A stretch of DNA of 64,000 nt from assembly GCA_963693365.1 (NCBI GenBank), contig CAVNZM010000002.1, forward strand, positions 10,472,328-10,536,327, in the 5' to 3' direction. The stretch is from Amoebidium appalachense (Eukaryota > Protista > Ichthyosporea). Positions 25,001 to 37,318 of this stretch are shown one piece after another; position 1 is the stretch's first letter; every line of letters starts with the position of its first letter. The position numbers and the translations under genes were made by a program. The notes below the pieces were generated by a model. It was not told the DNA's origin and did no database searches. It was given only the letters and a program-made list of their open reading frames with translations.

Positions 25001-27080
25001 GGGGGAGGGGGGGGGGGGAATCAAAAGTCAGGAGTCCAAAAGTGCTTCACTGGGCTGACGACACATCTTTCTCTCTAATCTTCCTTTGGGGGCCGGGGGG
25101 GGGGGGGGGGGGGGGGGATTCAGGGATGGATCTTTGTATGGACATTTGGTGGGCCATGCAAGCAGGCAAGCACGGGGCACCTGGGCCAGTGTTGTGGCCG
25201 GGGCCAGAGTTGGGTAGCTGATGAAGGCTGCCCCTAGCTGCCGGTGTGCTGTTGCCTGCTCGGCACTTACAGCACTGTTGAGCCGTGCTAGCTCCCTGGG
25301 TGGGTTAGAGTTGTGCACTCAGGGCCCATAATTTTCTCCTTTTGTTTCCCACCACACCCACAACCATTTGAAAGCCTTTTGGACTGCTGACAGCAAAAAC
25401 CAGAAGACACAAGAAGAAACAAAATTGGTCATCCAAAGGCTCCCCTCCCCCCCTCCCCCCCCCCCCCCCCCCATCCCACACTTTATCCTCCCCCCCCACC
25501 CCCCCCCCCCCCCCCCCCATCCACCCCCCCCCCCCCCCCCCTCCCCCCGGGGATACTAGCGCACCTCTCGTAGTAATCAATGGAGTCCACCTTGGGGCCC
25601 CACAGGCCCCACATTCGTGTGCGGTGTGTGGGCCTCTCCACCGTCCCGTGTGCATGCACGTACATGAGCCTCTCGAGGGTGCGCCTGCACGTGTCCCTCT
25701 CCTCTGCCAGGCCCAGCAACCTGTGCACATGCACGACCACGTGCACGGCACTGACGGGGGTCTGGCCCAGCAGCACGTACAGCTGTTGCAGCTCCTCCCT
25801 GCTGGCCTGCACAGCCAATCATCGATCAGACTTGCAATGGCTGCACCATGAGTCCTGCCCTGCACAGTGTCCCAGCCCACCAGAATCAACAACATGAACA
25901 CACAATTGCTCTTCTGTCTTCCCCTCCCCCCCCCCCCCCCCCCCCCACCCCACCCCACCCCCACACACACACACACAGCCTACACCTGTGAGTGTATGTG
26001 CCACCGCCCCTACAGCCAAACCCCAGCACGTACCTCAGCAGGGATGTTGCGGACCAGTACTGTGTGCATGTGCACAGGCCGGGTGTGCAAGTAGTGCAGG
26101 CGCAGCTGGGCATGCAGCAGGTAGTAGCGCCGCAGCTGTGCCAGGGCCATGCACGTGACCAGCACGGTCAGGGCCCAGTGCACCCACAGCACCCCGGCCC
26201 TCTCTGGCACATTAGCCATGCTCAGCATGTCCAGCCCAGTCAGCCCCCCCCCAGCCGTGGCATGGATGGGCAGCAGCACCACACAGACAAGTAGGCCCAC
26301 AGCCAGGGCCAGCTCCAGCCCCATGCGGTACATGCGCACGTGGGTCAGGGCATCGGGCCCACAGCGGCCCACAAACGTGCTGTCCCCCATGCACACCGCA
26401 TCCACCAGCCACGATATGTGCCCGGCCTCCCTGTGGCTCCTGCGTGCATGCCGGGGTCAGTCGCTCGTGCTTTTATATGCTTGAAGCCATTTGTCCCTCA
26501 GGAATGTCTCTCTTAAGACTGCCAACCCTCCCCCCCTCCCCCCCCCTCCCCCCCCCCCCCCCCCCCCCTGCACACACACCCACACACACACTACCCCGCC
26601 ACCACCACCATTATCGGCACCACCACCCCTCTCCTTGGTGACAGATGCCAGGACCAGTTTACCTTCCAATGAGCTAAATTTATTCAACACCGGTACCCAC
26701 TATTCATGTGTTATTCTTGTGTCTGTGCCTACATGTACAGGCATGTGTTACAATATTCTGGCGTGAGTGTGTGTGTTCAGTGTGTGTATGAATGTGCACA
26801 TGTATGCCGAGTCCCATTTTGTGTGTATACATGAGCACGTGTGATCGACAAGTGTGTGACGGCATACCACGGTTCCACACTTTCATAATGATTACTGTTT
26901 TTAGTTGTGTGTGTGTGTGTGTGTAACATGTGTGCAGTCATGAACAGTGTTACACGGGGTGACCGTGATATTAATTGAATTTGAATTTAGTAAGATAAAT
27001 ACTGCCATAATTTACCCCAAAAAGATAATAGACACCTACCAACCCTGGTAAATTTTTAAAAACATGCCTCCCTCCCCCTT

Positions 27081-27118
<38 letters not shown>

Positions 27119-27638
27119 ATGGGGAAATAATAGAACATGAGATATTTGGTTCCCGAAAAAATCACAACTTGTATGTACATGTTTGTGTGTTGATTCACTG
27201 TTTTTGTACATGTTGTGTAAAGGCCCTGTGCAGACGGTAGCAGTGCGCTCGCGCATGTGAAGCCCAGGTGCATGTGCCGCACACACACAAACCGGATGCT
27301 GCAGACTGACCTAAGCCCCACATGAGCTTGCCATAAACACAGCAGTAACCGTTGCGAAAATAGTTATTAAACAAAACTCATTTTCTGGGCCCATGTGCCC
27401 CCCCCCCCCCCCCCCTGTACACCCCCTTCTCCCCCCCCCCCTCCCTCCCCCCAAACACTCACCGTGGCATGGCGAATGTCATCCTCAGGGGCATGTAGAC
27501 ACGCTTGTGGCGGGGCCGCAGGGCCACAAAGGCCGCAGCCACGGCCAGGGCTATGGCAGCATTGAGCACCAGCGCCACCAAAAACGAGGAGGTGTTGTTG
27601 GTCGTGGCCTGCTGCGCACCACTAGGGTCTGTAGGCAT
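21243..27638 (-). CDS. OSCA/TMEM63/CSC1 family mechanosensitive/osmosensitive cation channel, 8-9 exons; 3' end uncertain (alternative stop at 21423 if the last intron is not spliced)
   Basis: N-terminal TM followed by LRPRHKRVYMP, then GPDALTHVR, LLPIHAT, LDMLSMANV, TVLVRNIP, KVDSIDYY, AAFISY, APEPRDVYWPN, QATFFLTY, LVYSTMAPL, YQSGG. These are RSN1/DUF221 hallmarks. Confidence 0.93.
23659..24570. repeat. Intronic minisatellite, about 28-30 bp unit GTCAGAGAGATATGCATGCAT(G)n, roughly 30 copies
   Basis: Directly visible. It abuts the 3' splice site at about 23648 of the OSCA intron. Confidence 0.95.
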
Positions 27639-28404
27639 CGTGCTGGCGGCCTAAATGGCGGCCTGGGAGGGTCTGGATATGTATGCCGCTGGAAAGGAAG
27701 GTTTGGGTGTCAAATTTGAGCAGAGCCCTCCTTCACGAGATTCCTAACACAGGTGCACTGTAAACAGGAAAAGGGGGAATGACAGGGAGTGGTTGTAGTG
27801 GTTTTAAAGGTTGGCAGGGGACGTAGGCGTGAACATACGCACACAGCCCTAGAGAAATCTAACCAGCTACAGAGAGGCTTACTATGAATATTGATCGTTA
27901 TGAAATTTCACCTCCGTCTTAGCTTTGAGTGGTGGGCACAGGCGAGTCCCGCGTTCGATAGAAGCCCAACCTCACTTCGTATACAGCTGTTGCCTTGCAC
28001 ATTGTGCGCGTAGGTGGTGGGGCAATGACTTATAAGGCCATGCCCTGCTCCTACAGTGCTATAGAGGTCTTCTTATTTTACTCCATTCTTTTCATACTGA
28101 GATAATGGCAGTGAATATGTAGACAGAATTTCATGCACATAGTTGTTCTTACTGTCTAACATAACCGCCTAACCTGGCTGGAAGCTGTGCTGTGACGGCT
28201 AACCAAAAAGAAGCCGGTTCTCGGTGCACTGGGTAGGTGTCCCTTTGTCGAACACTATGAAAACAAACCGAAATCCAAAACTGGACGTTGCAAGCTTAAG
28301 ACATGTACGTAGTACTACGTACTTCGGGCAATTATATAAGAGCCTGCACATATATACGTGCAGCTCAACCACAGACAGTGGCCTGGACCTGCCTGGCGCA
28401 GGGC

Positions 28405-28995
28405 CGTGTTTTCCCCCTCCATTTGCCCTGTGCATGGCTGCTGATGTGCAAAGGCTGTGTGGGGGCATTGCGTGTGCTTGTGCAAAGGCCTCTATCATCT
28501 TGAAACGTGTGCTTATGGTTCGGTTCATTTGGGATGGGAGTTGGGACAACTCGGGGAAGTGATGGCACGAACACGAAATCACCACCCATATGAGGTTATT
28601 ATCTAAGGGCACTCATTGGGTGATTTATCGCATGGCAGCTTGAGCCACCACTGACCTCAGTGACCACTGAGGTTTGTGTGAGTCACACAGTCACTGTATG
28701 GACGTGTTTTCCCCCTCCATTTGCCCTGTGCATGGCTGCTGATGTGCAAAGGCTGTGTGGGGGCATTGCGTGTGCTTGTGCAAAGGCCTCTATCATCTTG
28801 AAACGTGTGCTTATGGTTCGGTTCATTTGGGATGGGAGTCGGGACAACTTGGGGAACTGATGGCACGAACACGAAATCACCACCCATATGAGGTTATTAT
28901 CTAAGGGCACTCATTGGGTAATCGCATGGCAGCCTGAGCCACCACTGACCTCAGTGACCACTGAGGTTTGTGTGAGTCACACAGTCTCTGTATGA
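28405..28995. repeat. Near-identical tandem duplication (period 298 bp) in the divergent OSCA/SEC20 intergenic region
   Basis: CGTGTTTTCCCCCTCCATTTGCC starts at 28405 and again at 28703. Only a few substitutions and one small indel differ. Confidence 0.95.
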
Positions 28996-29253
28996 GACTC
29001 ACCTCTTTCTTTGCACATAGAAAATATCACTCTGTCCTGCATGAACGAACTTAGCGTAAACATAGTTTAAAACCAAACTTTCACACCACACCTAAAGCAG
29101 CTGGAGCAAAGTGGGCACGGTATCCCTTTGACTGCGACTGACACTTAGCGTTTTAGCACGGCAGTGTAAGTTTATATACAGACCTTCCTACCGAGGCACA
29201 CAGGCAGGCAGCAGCAAAGATCCACAGGGGGTGCACACAGGCAGGACGGCGCC

Positions 29254-31433
29254 ATGGGGGTAGATCTGGCCGCAGTGGAGCTGCCGGGGGCCGTGCAAGT
29301 GTCCCTCGGGGAGGTGATAAAGTGCGAGGCGGAGGCCTGCCGGCTGGTGGACTGTGTGCGCACCTGTGCCACGCTGGAGCAGCTGCACGCGGCAAACACG
29401 GACGCACGCAGGGCCCTGCAGCGTCTAGAGGACAGGGCGAGGGTACGAACGCGTACACGTGTGTGTGCCTGCACGTTTCTACGTGTGTTTGTAGGCGCCT
29501 GTGTTGTCTGTGAGCCTGAATGTTTGCCTGTGAGTGCCTGGGCTTTAATTGTCTGTGTGTTCCTGTCTCGATGCCTGTAAGTGTGCTGGTGTGTGCACAG
29601 CGTACAAGGGGTGTGCCTAGCTTGAGACGTGTTGAGAGAATGACCGAGTGTGCCTGAGCATGTGTCTTGAGCGGGGTCTTATGTGTGTGTGTGTACGTAC
29701 ATATGCACAAATATGCACTCACACACGAATACGCACACCAACACACACATGCAGACACGTTGCCTGCCTGCCTGTCCGTAGTTGGGCTGCCTGGCTTCTT
29801 CCTTCCAAGCACCCATTTGCTAATGTGCACCTGTCTGTGTCCTGGCCTGCACGCCTCCTGTCCGTTTGTGTCTGCTTGTGGGTTCTCGAGTCTCCTCTAT
29901 CGTTCTTAGTGCACTTTCCGTGGCTGTGTCTGGTCGGTGCACCCTACCACTGTGTGTGCCTGGACGGGGTGCGTGTGGGGGTGTGCCCTTTCGTTTGTGT
30001 GCAGAGCAAATGCAAGGCAGCTGGGTGGTGTGGTCTGTGCATCCTTTGGGGTGAGTCGTGGGGTAGTGTGTGGTAGGCAGGGTGTCCACTCCAGAGGAAG
30101 ACGGGTGTGCTATGCCCTTGAAAGGGGGTGGGGTGGGGGTGGGGTGGGGGGGGGGGGTGGGGTGGGCTGCTATGCTGGGGGGGGTTGCTATCATGATGCT
30201 AGGGGGAGAAGGTTGGGTGGGTGCCAGCCTGAGGGTGGGTATGTGCTATTCAGGAGGCGGGAGGTGGTGGTGGTGGTGGTGGTGGGGGGGGGACTGAAGG
30301 TGGGTGCCTATGCTGAGGGTGGGGGGTCTATGCTGAGGGTGTTGGTGTGCAGTACCTGGACCAGGTTGCAGCCGAGCAGGACACAGAGGCCCAGCGCAGA
30401 TATGTGGAGACCCTGGCTGCCCAGCACAAGACACAGTGCGCAAGGTGGGGGTGTTTTGGGGTGGGGAAGGGGGGGAGGGGGCTGAGATTACATAGTAAAG
30501 AAAGATAGCAGGGACCGGGGGGAGGGGGGGGGGGGGTATGGTTCTAGAGGCATGGGCCTTTTTGCATCCGATAGTGGAGAGAAGAGCATAAGAGACAGAC
30601 AGCTAACATATTGTCCTCTGTGGCATGATCATGGTGGTGGGTGCTGTTTGTATCTCTCTCGCTCTGTGTGTGTGTGTGTGTGTCTGTGCACGTGTCCATA
30701 TGTATGTGCCTGTGTAAGAATGGGGATGTGTGTACTGGGGGGGTGGAGGGAGGAGGGCGGGGAGGACTTGGAGAGGTAGGTGTGCTAGTTTGATTTGGGG
30801 CGGTGTGCAATAGAGACGACGTGTGATCTGACCTGTGCATAGTCTGCACCAGACACTGCGGCGTGCCAATGTGGAGAGCAAGCACCGCATCGACACCAGC
30901 CAGGCCAGTGCCGACCGCACGGCCCTGCTGCCGGGAACTGGCCCTGCTGGCCCCCATCAGCGAAAAGTGTAGGTCCCCCAAGACCCCCAACACTGGAACA
31001 TGACAAAGATTCTATCCTGCTACATGTTGCTTGCTCTGTGAATCTCCCACTCTCTTAAACCCCCCCCCCCCCCCCCCCCCCCCTCTCCCCTCCTCCCTTT
31101 CCCCCCCAGCGTTTGTGTTGGAGTGATTGGATGCCACACTGATAGCGGTGTTCTAGCTTTGTGATGGCTTGTGGCAGTTGTGCATTGGGGGAACGACGGA
31201 GGGTGTTGGGGTCGAGCTGCTTGGAGGGGGAAATAAAGGGTGGTCGGACAGGGTGGCAGAGGTTTTCATTACTGGCTTGCTGGTTTTGCAGCACACGGGG
31301 AGAGATGGGTTGGGGGGAGGGGAGGGAGGGGGGTGGGGGGGGGGTGACAAGGAGTTTAGTGATGACGTTGTCAATGTTTGGCTGGGGTTAGTTGAAGAAG
31401 TTATTTTTATTTTATTTATTTTATTTTATTTTT

Positions 31434-31471
<38 letters not shown>

Positions 31472-32416
31472 AGGGAAGGACAGGGAGGGAGGTTTGGTCA
31501 AATGAGTGATTGTTGCTGTCAGGGGCCATGTTATGTTGGGGTGGGTCTGCTGGTTGATGGTGGCCTGGGGTCTACGGCTGGCTGGGGATCTCTTGCGGGT
31601 TGGAGGGTGTAGTTGCCAAACATCCAATCATCCTTTCAAGGTGTCATAGGCCCCGGGGTCGTATTGCTGTTAGGCGGACTGCTAGCTGTATTTTGGGGAT
31701 TTAATGCTGACTGGGTGGCAGGACGGGCAAGCAGCTGGTCAAGGCCAGTGCCGAGGCCTCGTCCAGTCTGCGGCAGGCCAGCAGCCTGCTGGCCCAGCAG
31801 ATGAAGGAGAGCCTGGAGGCCAACGACTTGCTGGGTAGAGGGGGGGGGGGTTGCTGTGATTGGGGCAGGTCGTATGTGTGTGTGCATGCCACAGTGGTTT
31901 TGGGCATATGCCACAGTGGTTGTGGGCATATGCCACAGTGGTTGTGGGCATATGCCACAGTGGTTGTGGGCATATGCGTGCGCCACAGGCAAGGATTAGC
32001 GTTCCTGATGTGTACAACTCTGTTGTGTGCCTGCCGTGTACAGTTCTATTGTGTAAATCTGGCGTACACACTCTGTTGTGTCTGCATTTTGTGCTGTGCA
32101 CGTGGCTTACCCTATGACGATTTATGCAGCGCGGTCGTCCAAGACGCTCAAGGACACGCACAAGGAGATGCAGGGGTTTGCTGGGGTGGTGGGGGACAGC
32201 AGGCGGGTGATCACCAAGCTGCAGCGGCGGGAGCAGACCAACAACCTGCTGATCATGCTGGGCCTGGCCCTGTTTGCCCTGACCGTGCTCTACGTCATCA
32301 AGCGCAGGCTGGCCCCCTCCCTGTCCCTGGCCGCCTCCCTGCTGGCCCCATTGGCCCGCCTCTTTGTGCCTGGCGACCATGCACAGCAGCAGCCTGCACC
32401 CGTGGGTGCGGAGTAG
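29254..32416 (+). CDS. SEC20: SEC20/BNIP1 ER Qb-SNARE, 5 exons
   Basis: Exons join in frame: ..LHQTLRRANV.., ..ASSSLRQASSLLAQQMKESLEANDLLARSSKTLKDTHKEMQGFAGVVGDSRRVITKLQRREQTNN, followed by a TM segment and KRRL. Typical Sec20 domain. Confidence 0.88.
31886..31977. repeat. 22-bp tandem repeat x4 (GCCACAGTGGTTGTGGGCATAT) in a SEC20 intron
   Basis: Directly visible. Confidence 0.9.
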
Positions 32417-33249
32417 AGGGTGGGCCCGGAAAGACTGGACCCATGTTGCCTACCCGGTGACATGATCATTATCTCGTAACTTGTGTGGATAGTGAGTGTA
32501 GGGCTCGTAGTGGCAATTCGCGTTTATGTGAACTTCACGTAACACACACATGCGCGTGCATGCATGCACGCACCCACGCGCGCGCGCGCACACACACACA
32601 CACACACACTGTGTAGGGATTGCTGGGTCACCTTTTTTTCTTTGTGTGTGTGTTTGGGGGGGGGGGGGGGGGGGAGGGGGGAGACGGTGGCGGGGAGGGA
32701 GGGAGGGGAGGAGGGGGGGATGCTCTGTGTAGGGTTGCTGGGGGGGGAGGGGGGGAAGGGTTGAGGGGTAGGGGTAGGTGGAAGGGAGGAGGGGGAGGGG
32801 GGCTGGGTTTCAAAAATAGGCTGTGTAAGTCATCCCTGGTGCCGTAGTGGTAATCGATATAATATTCGAATGGGGTTGTCCCAGACGCATGAATGTACGG
32901 AAGGGAAGGCAGGGGGGAGCTGGCCTGACCCACACAGGGCCACATCGAGTGTACGCATATATTGACTGGTGTTCAGTGGTTCCTGCAGAGTCATACCGTT
33001 GGCTGCAGCCACATGAATTGCATCTGTACCAACCACTGAACAAAACTGGTTACGAAACCGAAGCAGCAGTACAGCCGTGCCAACCCCTCCCCACCACCAC
33101 CGGTACCACCACCGTCACCACCACCACCACCATACACATGCACGCGTGTGTGCGTGCACACACGCACACACACTCTCTCTGAGCATGAACGCACACACAC
33201 ACACACACACGACACATACACACACGCACACACTCTCTCTCTGAGCATG

Positions 33250-33284
<35 letters not shown>

Positions 33285-33787
33285 GCATACATGCGCGCGC
33301 ACACACACACACACAGGCATACACCCACACACGCCCATACGTCAACACAAACACACAGGTATATATCCCTCCCCCCTCCCCCCCTCCCCCCACCCCCCCC
33401 CCACCCCACCCACCCACCCACCCATGCACCGGCACCAGCAAAGCTGCCTGCTGGCCCTGTGCAGTACGTGCATGTGCTCCCCCCCCCCCCCCCCCCGCCA
33501 GGCCCCCAGGTCAGCAAGGTCAAAAAACATGTCGGCTGATTGAAAGCCATGGGCCCGGTGTTGCCAACGCACACTGCAGGCTTATGATTGCATTTTTTAT
33601 TATAACACACTACCTGGGTGCCAGGCCAGGCCACATATCTATGTGCCCACTAGCACTTCAAGCCAACACTTGCTGTTTAAACAGCAGTATATTTCAGAAC
33701 CTACCTATCTGTACATTCATCCACATATTTACATTATTTTGCCGGTGATACCGATATGCACCGACCGTATTCCTGCATATCTATCCG

Positions 33788-35011
33788 CTAGTCCCCCCCC
33801 ACTGTGCCGGTGCACTGGCCCCCCAGTCTAGCCTCCAGCTGGGCCACCCTAGCCCTCAGTGCTTCGTTTGCTCTGCGCAGGGTCTCATTTTCGCAGTCCA
33901 ACAGCACAAGGGTATCGGCCATGTCTTTGGGCTCGTCCCCCCCCAGGCCCTGGGCCCTCAGCAGCCTTGCCGTCAGCTCGCCCTGCCTGCTGGCCGTGTC
34001 AGCCAGCCGGGCCATGTCCTGAGCCTGCCTGCCCACCAGGGCCGTGAGTGCAGCCAGCTGCTGCGCCTGTGCCGCCAGCTGATCCCCCACCTGCGCCAGC
34101 AGCAGGCCGCTGCTGCTGCTGTGCGCCTCCACACTGCCCACGGCCTCCCTTACGGCCTGCGGCTGGGGTCCGGCCTCGGGGCTGCTGCTGGGTGCCCGGC
34201 AGCTGTCAGCACAGGCCACCGTGCTGGCTGGCCACGGGCCCGTGCCCGGGCTAGCTGCAGGCGGGGCAGGCACTGCAGGGCGCAGGGGCCGGATAACAAA
34301 GCGGCCCGTCTGGTGCTCACCCTCCCCAGCCACAGGGGTTGACACACGGCCCCCGGGGGAGCCGGCAAGCGGCGGCCGTGCACAAGACCGGGTTAGGTCG
34401 GGGGTGGGTGACGTGGCTGCCCGGGGGGTGTCGCGGTGGTCGGATAGCGGCGGGCAGGCCACAGGGGGGGACGAGGGTGCCGACCGTGGGCTGTTGGCCA
34501 GCACGCCGGCTGACGTGCTGTGCATTGGAAAGGCAAACACCGTGCCCCCGAGGTCCACCGACGGTCGCTTAGTGCCCCCCTTGACCCCGGCCACACCCGG
34601 CCCACAGCCTCCAACGCACTGCGCTGCACCAGCCCCAGCAACGGCCGCGCGCACAGGCAGGGCTGCGGCCTGGGCTGCACCCGCTGCGGCTGGGTCTGGC
34701 ACCGGGCCTATGGTGGCGGCAGGGGCCAAGCAGACGGGCTGGGCCACGGCCGTGGGCAAAGTCTCGGCCATGAGCGAGGCTGCCTGAGGCACTGGGCCTG
34801 CAAGGTGCGGGGTGCTGCTGTGGTGGGCGGGGGGCGGGCAGGGTGCACGCTGCTGCACAGGCGCTGGCGCTGAAGGGTGCATGGGGGCTGTGTGGTAGGC
34901 CTGCAGCGGCCGGCGCCCCCCTTGGCCGTCAGCGCGCTGGGGCCTTGGCGACGGCGCACATTTCACGCCGGGCTGCGGCGCAGAATCGGCAAGGGCTTCC
35001 TGGCTGGTCAT
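33788..35011 (-). CDS. Intronless hypothetical protein, about 407 aa, Pro/Ala-rich, with GRFVI motif and C-terminal coiled coil/leucine zipper
   Basis: GC-rich coding-like ORF from MTSQEALAD. Heptad pattern in LDCENETLRRANEALRARVAQLEARL. The ORF track extension upstream of 35011 starts at a non-ATG codon and is AT-richer. Confidence 0.7.
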   Translation of the reverse strand: MTSQEALADSAPQPGVKCAPSPRPQRADGQGGRRPLQAYHTAPMHPSAPAPVQQRAPCPPPAHHSSTPHLAGPVPQAASLMAETLPTAVAQPVCLAPAATIGPVPDPAAAGAAQAAALPVRAAVAGAGAAQCVGGCGPGVAGVKGGTKRPSVDLGGTVFAFPMHSTSAGVLANSPRSAPSSPPVACPPLSDHRDTPRAATSPTPDLTRSCARPPLAGSPGGRVSTPVAGEGEHQTGRFVIRPLRPAVPAPPAASPGTGPWPASTVACADSCRAPSSSPEAGPQPQAVREAVGSVEAHSSSSGLLLAQVGDQLAAQAQQLAALTALVGRQAQDMARLADTASRQGELTARLLRAQGLGGDEPKDMADTLVLLDCENETLRRANEALRARVAQLEARLGGQCTGTVGGD

Positions 35012-35764
35012 ATCTCGTGCAGTTGTTGTCACTATATAGTTGCTATTGCTGTCGCTCTTGATAGATAGCTGGCATGACGTCAAAAGTAAACTATAGCTAT
35101 GACGATGCCATCCGGAATTTCGCCAAGCGTAAAACAGACGTAGCCTGGTACATGTGGTGATGCACCGGTGATAACTTCGAAGATGAACTGCGAAAAAGGA
35201 GCTCGAGGCTTTAAGAGATTGGGGGAGATGAGCTAGGCAAAGTAACCTAGACACCTCACACGTCGGCAAGTGTTTGAATGAATGTGAGGCGAACAGTAAT
35301 AATGAATGTGAGGCTAACAGTAATATACACACCCACACCTTGATCTATTCAAGGACTTGGAACATAAAGAAATTCCCTTAGTTGTGAGAGGTTGAAAAGT
35401 GAACGGGACCTTGGTGACGGTACCGGTGTGACGCAAATAGCGATATCGATCTAAGCTCACGCAAAAGAGGAGGGCAAATAATAAATAAATGGACACGCCG
35501 ATGACTACGCTTGCGTGTAGCGGGTTAATAACAGCTCAGTGAGCTCATTGTAGGAGCCTAAATCAAAATGGAAAAACATCCACTTTACTTCGTAGCATAC
35601 GCATACAGTATTCAAGACAAAAAATGATGGAGCAAGAGCTTTAGGATAATAGAATATGGGCTGTTCCTTCCTTCTGGTGCTATGATAGTTGGATCAATTG
35701 TCTCTTTCAATACTTTTGCAGTCCTCCAGCGTTTTCGCTGGTCGATCTTGGTATCTTTTTAAGC

Positions 35765-35910
35765 GCACCAATCATAGCCCATTTTCAAATAAGACACGTA
35801 TTGATTGGCCCCTGCCAATTGTTTTGCTTTGTCACATGGACACATCTCGATGCTGATTGGTTGACCTTCCTGTCCTTGGGAAAGAGAATTCCAGGGCGCC
35901 AATCAGCGCA
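35765..35910. promoter_or_regulatory. Cluster of CCAAT boxes in both orientations
   Basis: CCAAT/ATTGG occurs five times in about 140 bp (near 35768, 35804, 35815, 35856, 35899). Function is inferred only. Confidence 0.4.
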
Positions 35911-36268
35911 TTCTCCCTTTCGGCGCGGGTACATTTGAAAATCAAAGGGCAGACCTAAGGCCTGGGGAGTCGACGGTGTCCGCAGAAGCTACCACTCATG
36001 ATCAGTGCCCCGGGCCCCCGTGTCACTAAGTAGTGATACCCCGCAGGCACCCACAAGTACATCCGGCCCATACATATGGTATGCATACCGACCCCCTCCC
36101 CCCTCTCCCCCCTCCACCCCTCCCCCCCCCCCTCCCCCCCCCCTCCCCCCTCCCCCCCAACACACACACACACCTTTACCCTACACACTGCACCGTTAAC
36201 CGTTCTCTAGCTTGGGGTAGGAGGTGTGTGTGTGTGTACGTCGCGTGCGTGCGTATGCGTGTGTGCGT

Positions 36269-36324
<56 letters not shown>

Positions 36325-36437
36325 TACTTGTGCGTCCTGCGTGTGTGCGCGCACGTGTCTGTGTATGTGCGTACGCGTGTGTATACGTGTGTGTGTGTGT
36401 GTATGTGTGTGTGTGTACATGTGCGTGTTTGTGTACG

Positions 36438-36477
<40 letters not shown>

Positions 36478-37163
36478 GCGTGTGCGTGTGCGTGTGAAAG
36501 GGGGGGGCGGGGCGGGGGGAGGGGGGGGGGGGGGAGGGGAGTATGCATGATATGCAAGTATGTGCGGCCGCGCACTCCAGCATGACGCCCTGCAATTGCT
36601 ACGTCGTGTGACAAACTGGCCTGGCATGGACCACGCGTACGCTAGCTACTAGCTAGTAGCTTAGGGGAAGAAAGCCCGGCATGGCTCGAGTGGCGAGGGA
36701 CTGCAGTGTGTGGTGCATTTTAGGGGGGGGGGGGGGGGGGGGGGGAGGGGGGGGAGGGGTACCGGTAGTAGTAACTTTTGGTGGCCGTCCCCCCTTAATA
36801 TTTGACCTAAAAAAAGGGGGGGGGGGGGGGGGGGGGAGAAGGGGGGGAGAGGGGCCCGGGGGGGCATCACTCCGGATATATTATATATGGCAGGGGGAGG
36901 AGGGACCGGGGGCCAGGGAGAGACCCGCCTACCCCTGGGCCACAGGCTGCCATGGCTATGCATATCCGATATTGTGGCCTAATCGTATAATAATGGTCCG
37001 GTAACCATGTTTAGATTTTGCCGGCGTGGCTGGGGTAGTAGCCCTGGGCAAAGTGTGTACTTATAGTTAGGTTGTGAAGGATGGTTTAGCTTAGCTGAAC
37101 TTATGGATAGCACCTTAACTAATTAGTGTACTGTCGGTGCTATGTGATAGACGGTAGTTTCCG

Positions 37164-37318
37164 AGAGGGGTCACCCGCAAGTTGCATATATTTGCATATA
37201 TTTGCATATATTTGCATATATTTACGTCATATATTTGCATATATTTACATATATTTGCATATATTTACATATATTTACATATATTTGCATATATCTACAA
37301 CTTGCGGGTGACCCCTCT
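37164..37318. mobile_element. MITE-like element with perfect 21-bp TIRs enclosing a CATATATTTR decamer array
   Basis: AGAGGGGTCACCCGCAAGTTG (37164-37184) and its exact reverse complement (37298-37318). No clean TSD. Confidence 0.7.

Noticed and set aside
35012-35338. N-terminal extension making a 516-aa ORF
   Set aside because: Non-ATG start and promoter-like composition. The ATG at 35011 is preferred.
36644-36661. Perfect 18-bp palindrome AGCTACTAGCTAGTAGCT
   Set aside because: Low-complexity CTAG/AGCT composition and no associated feature.
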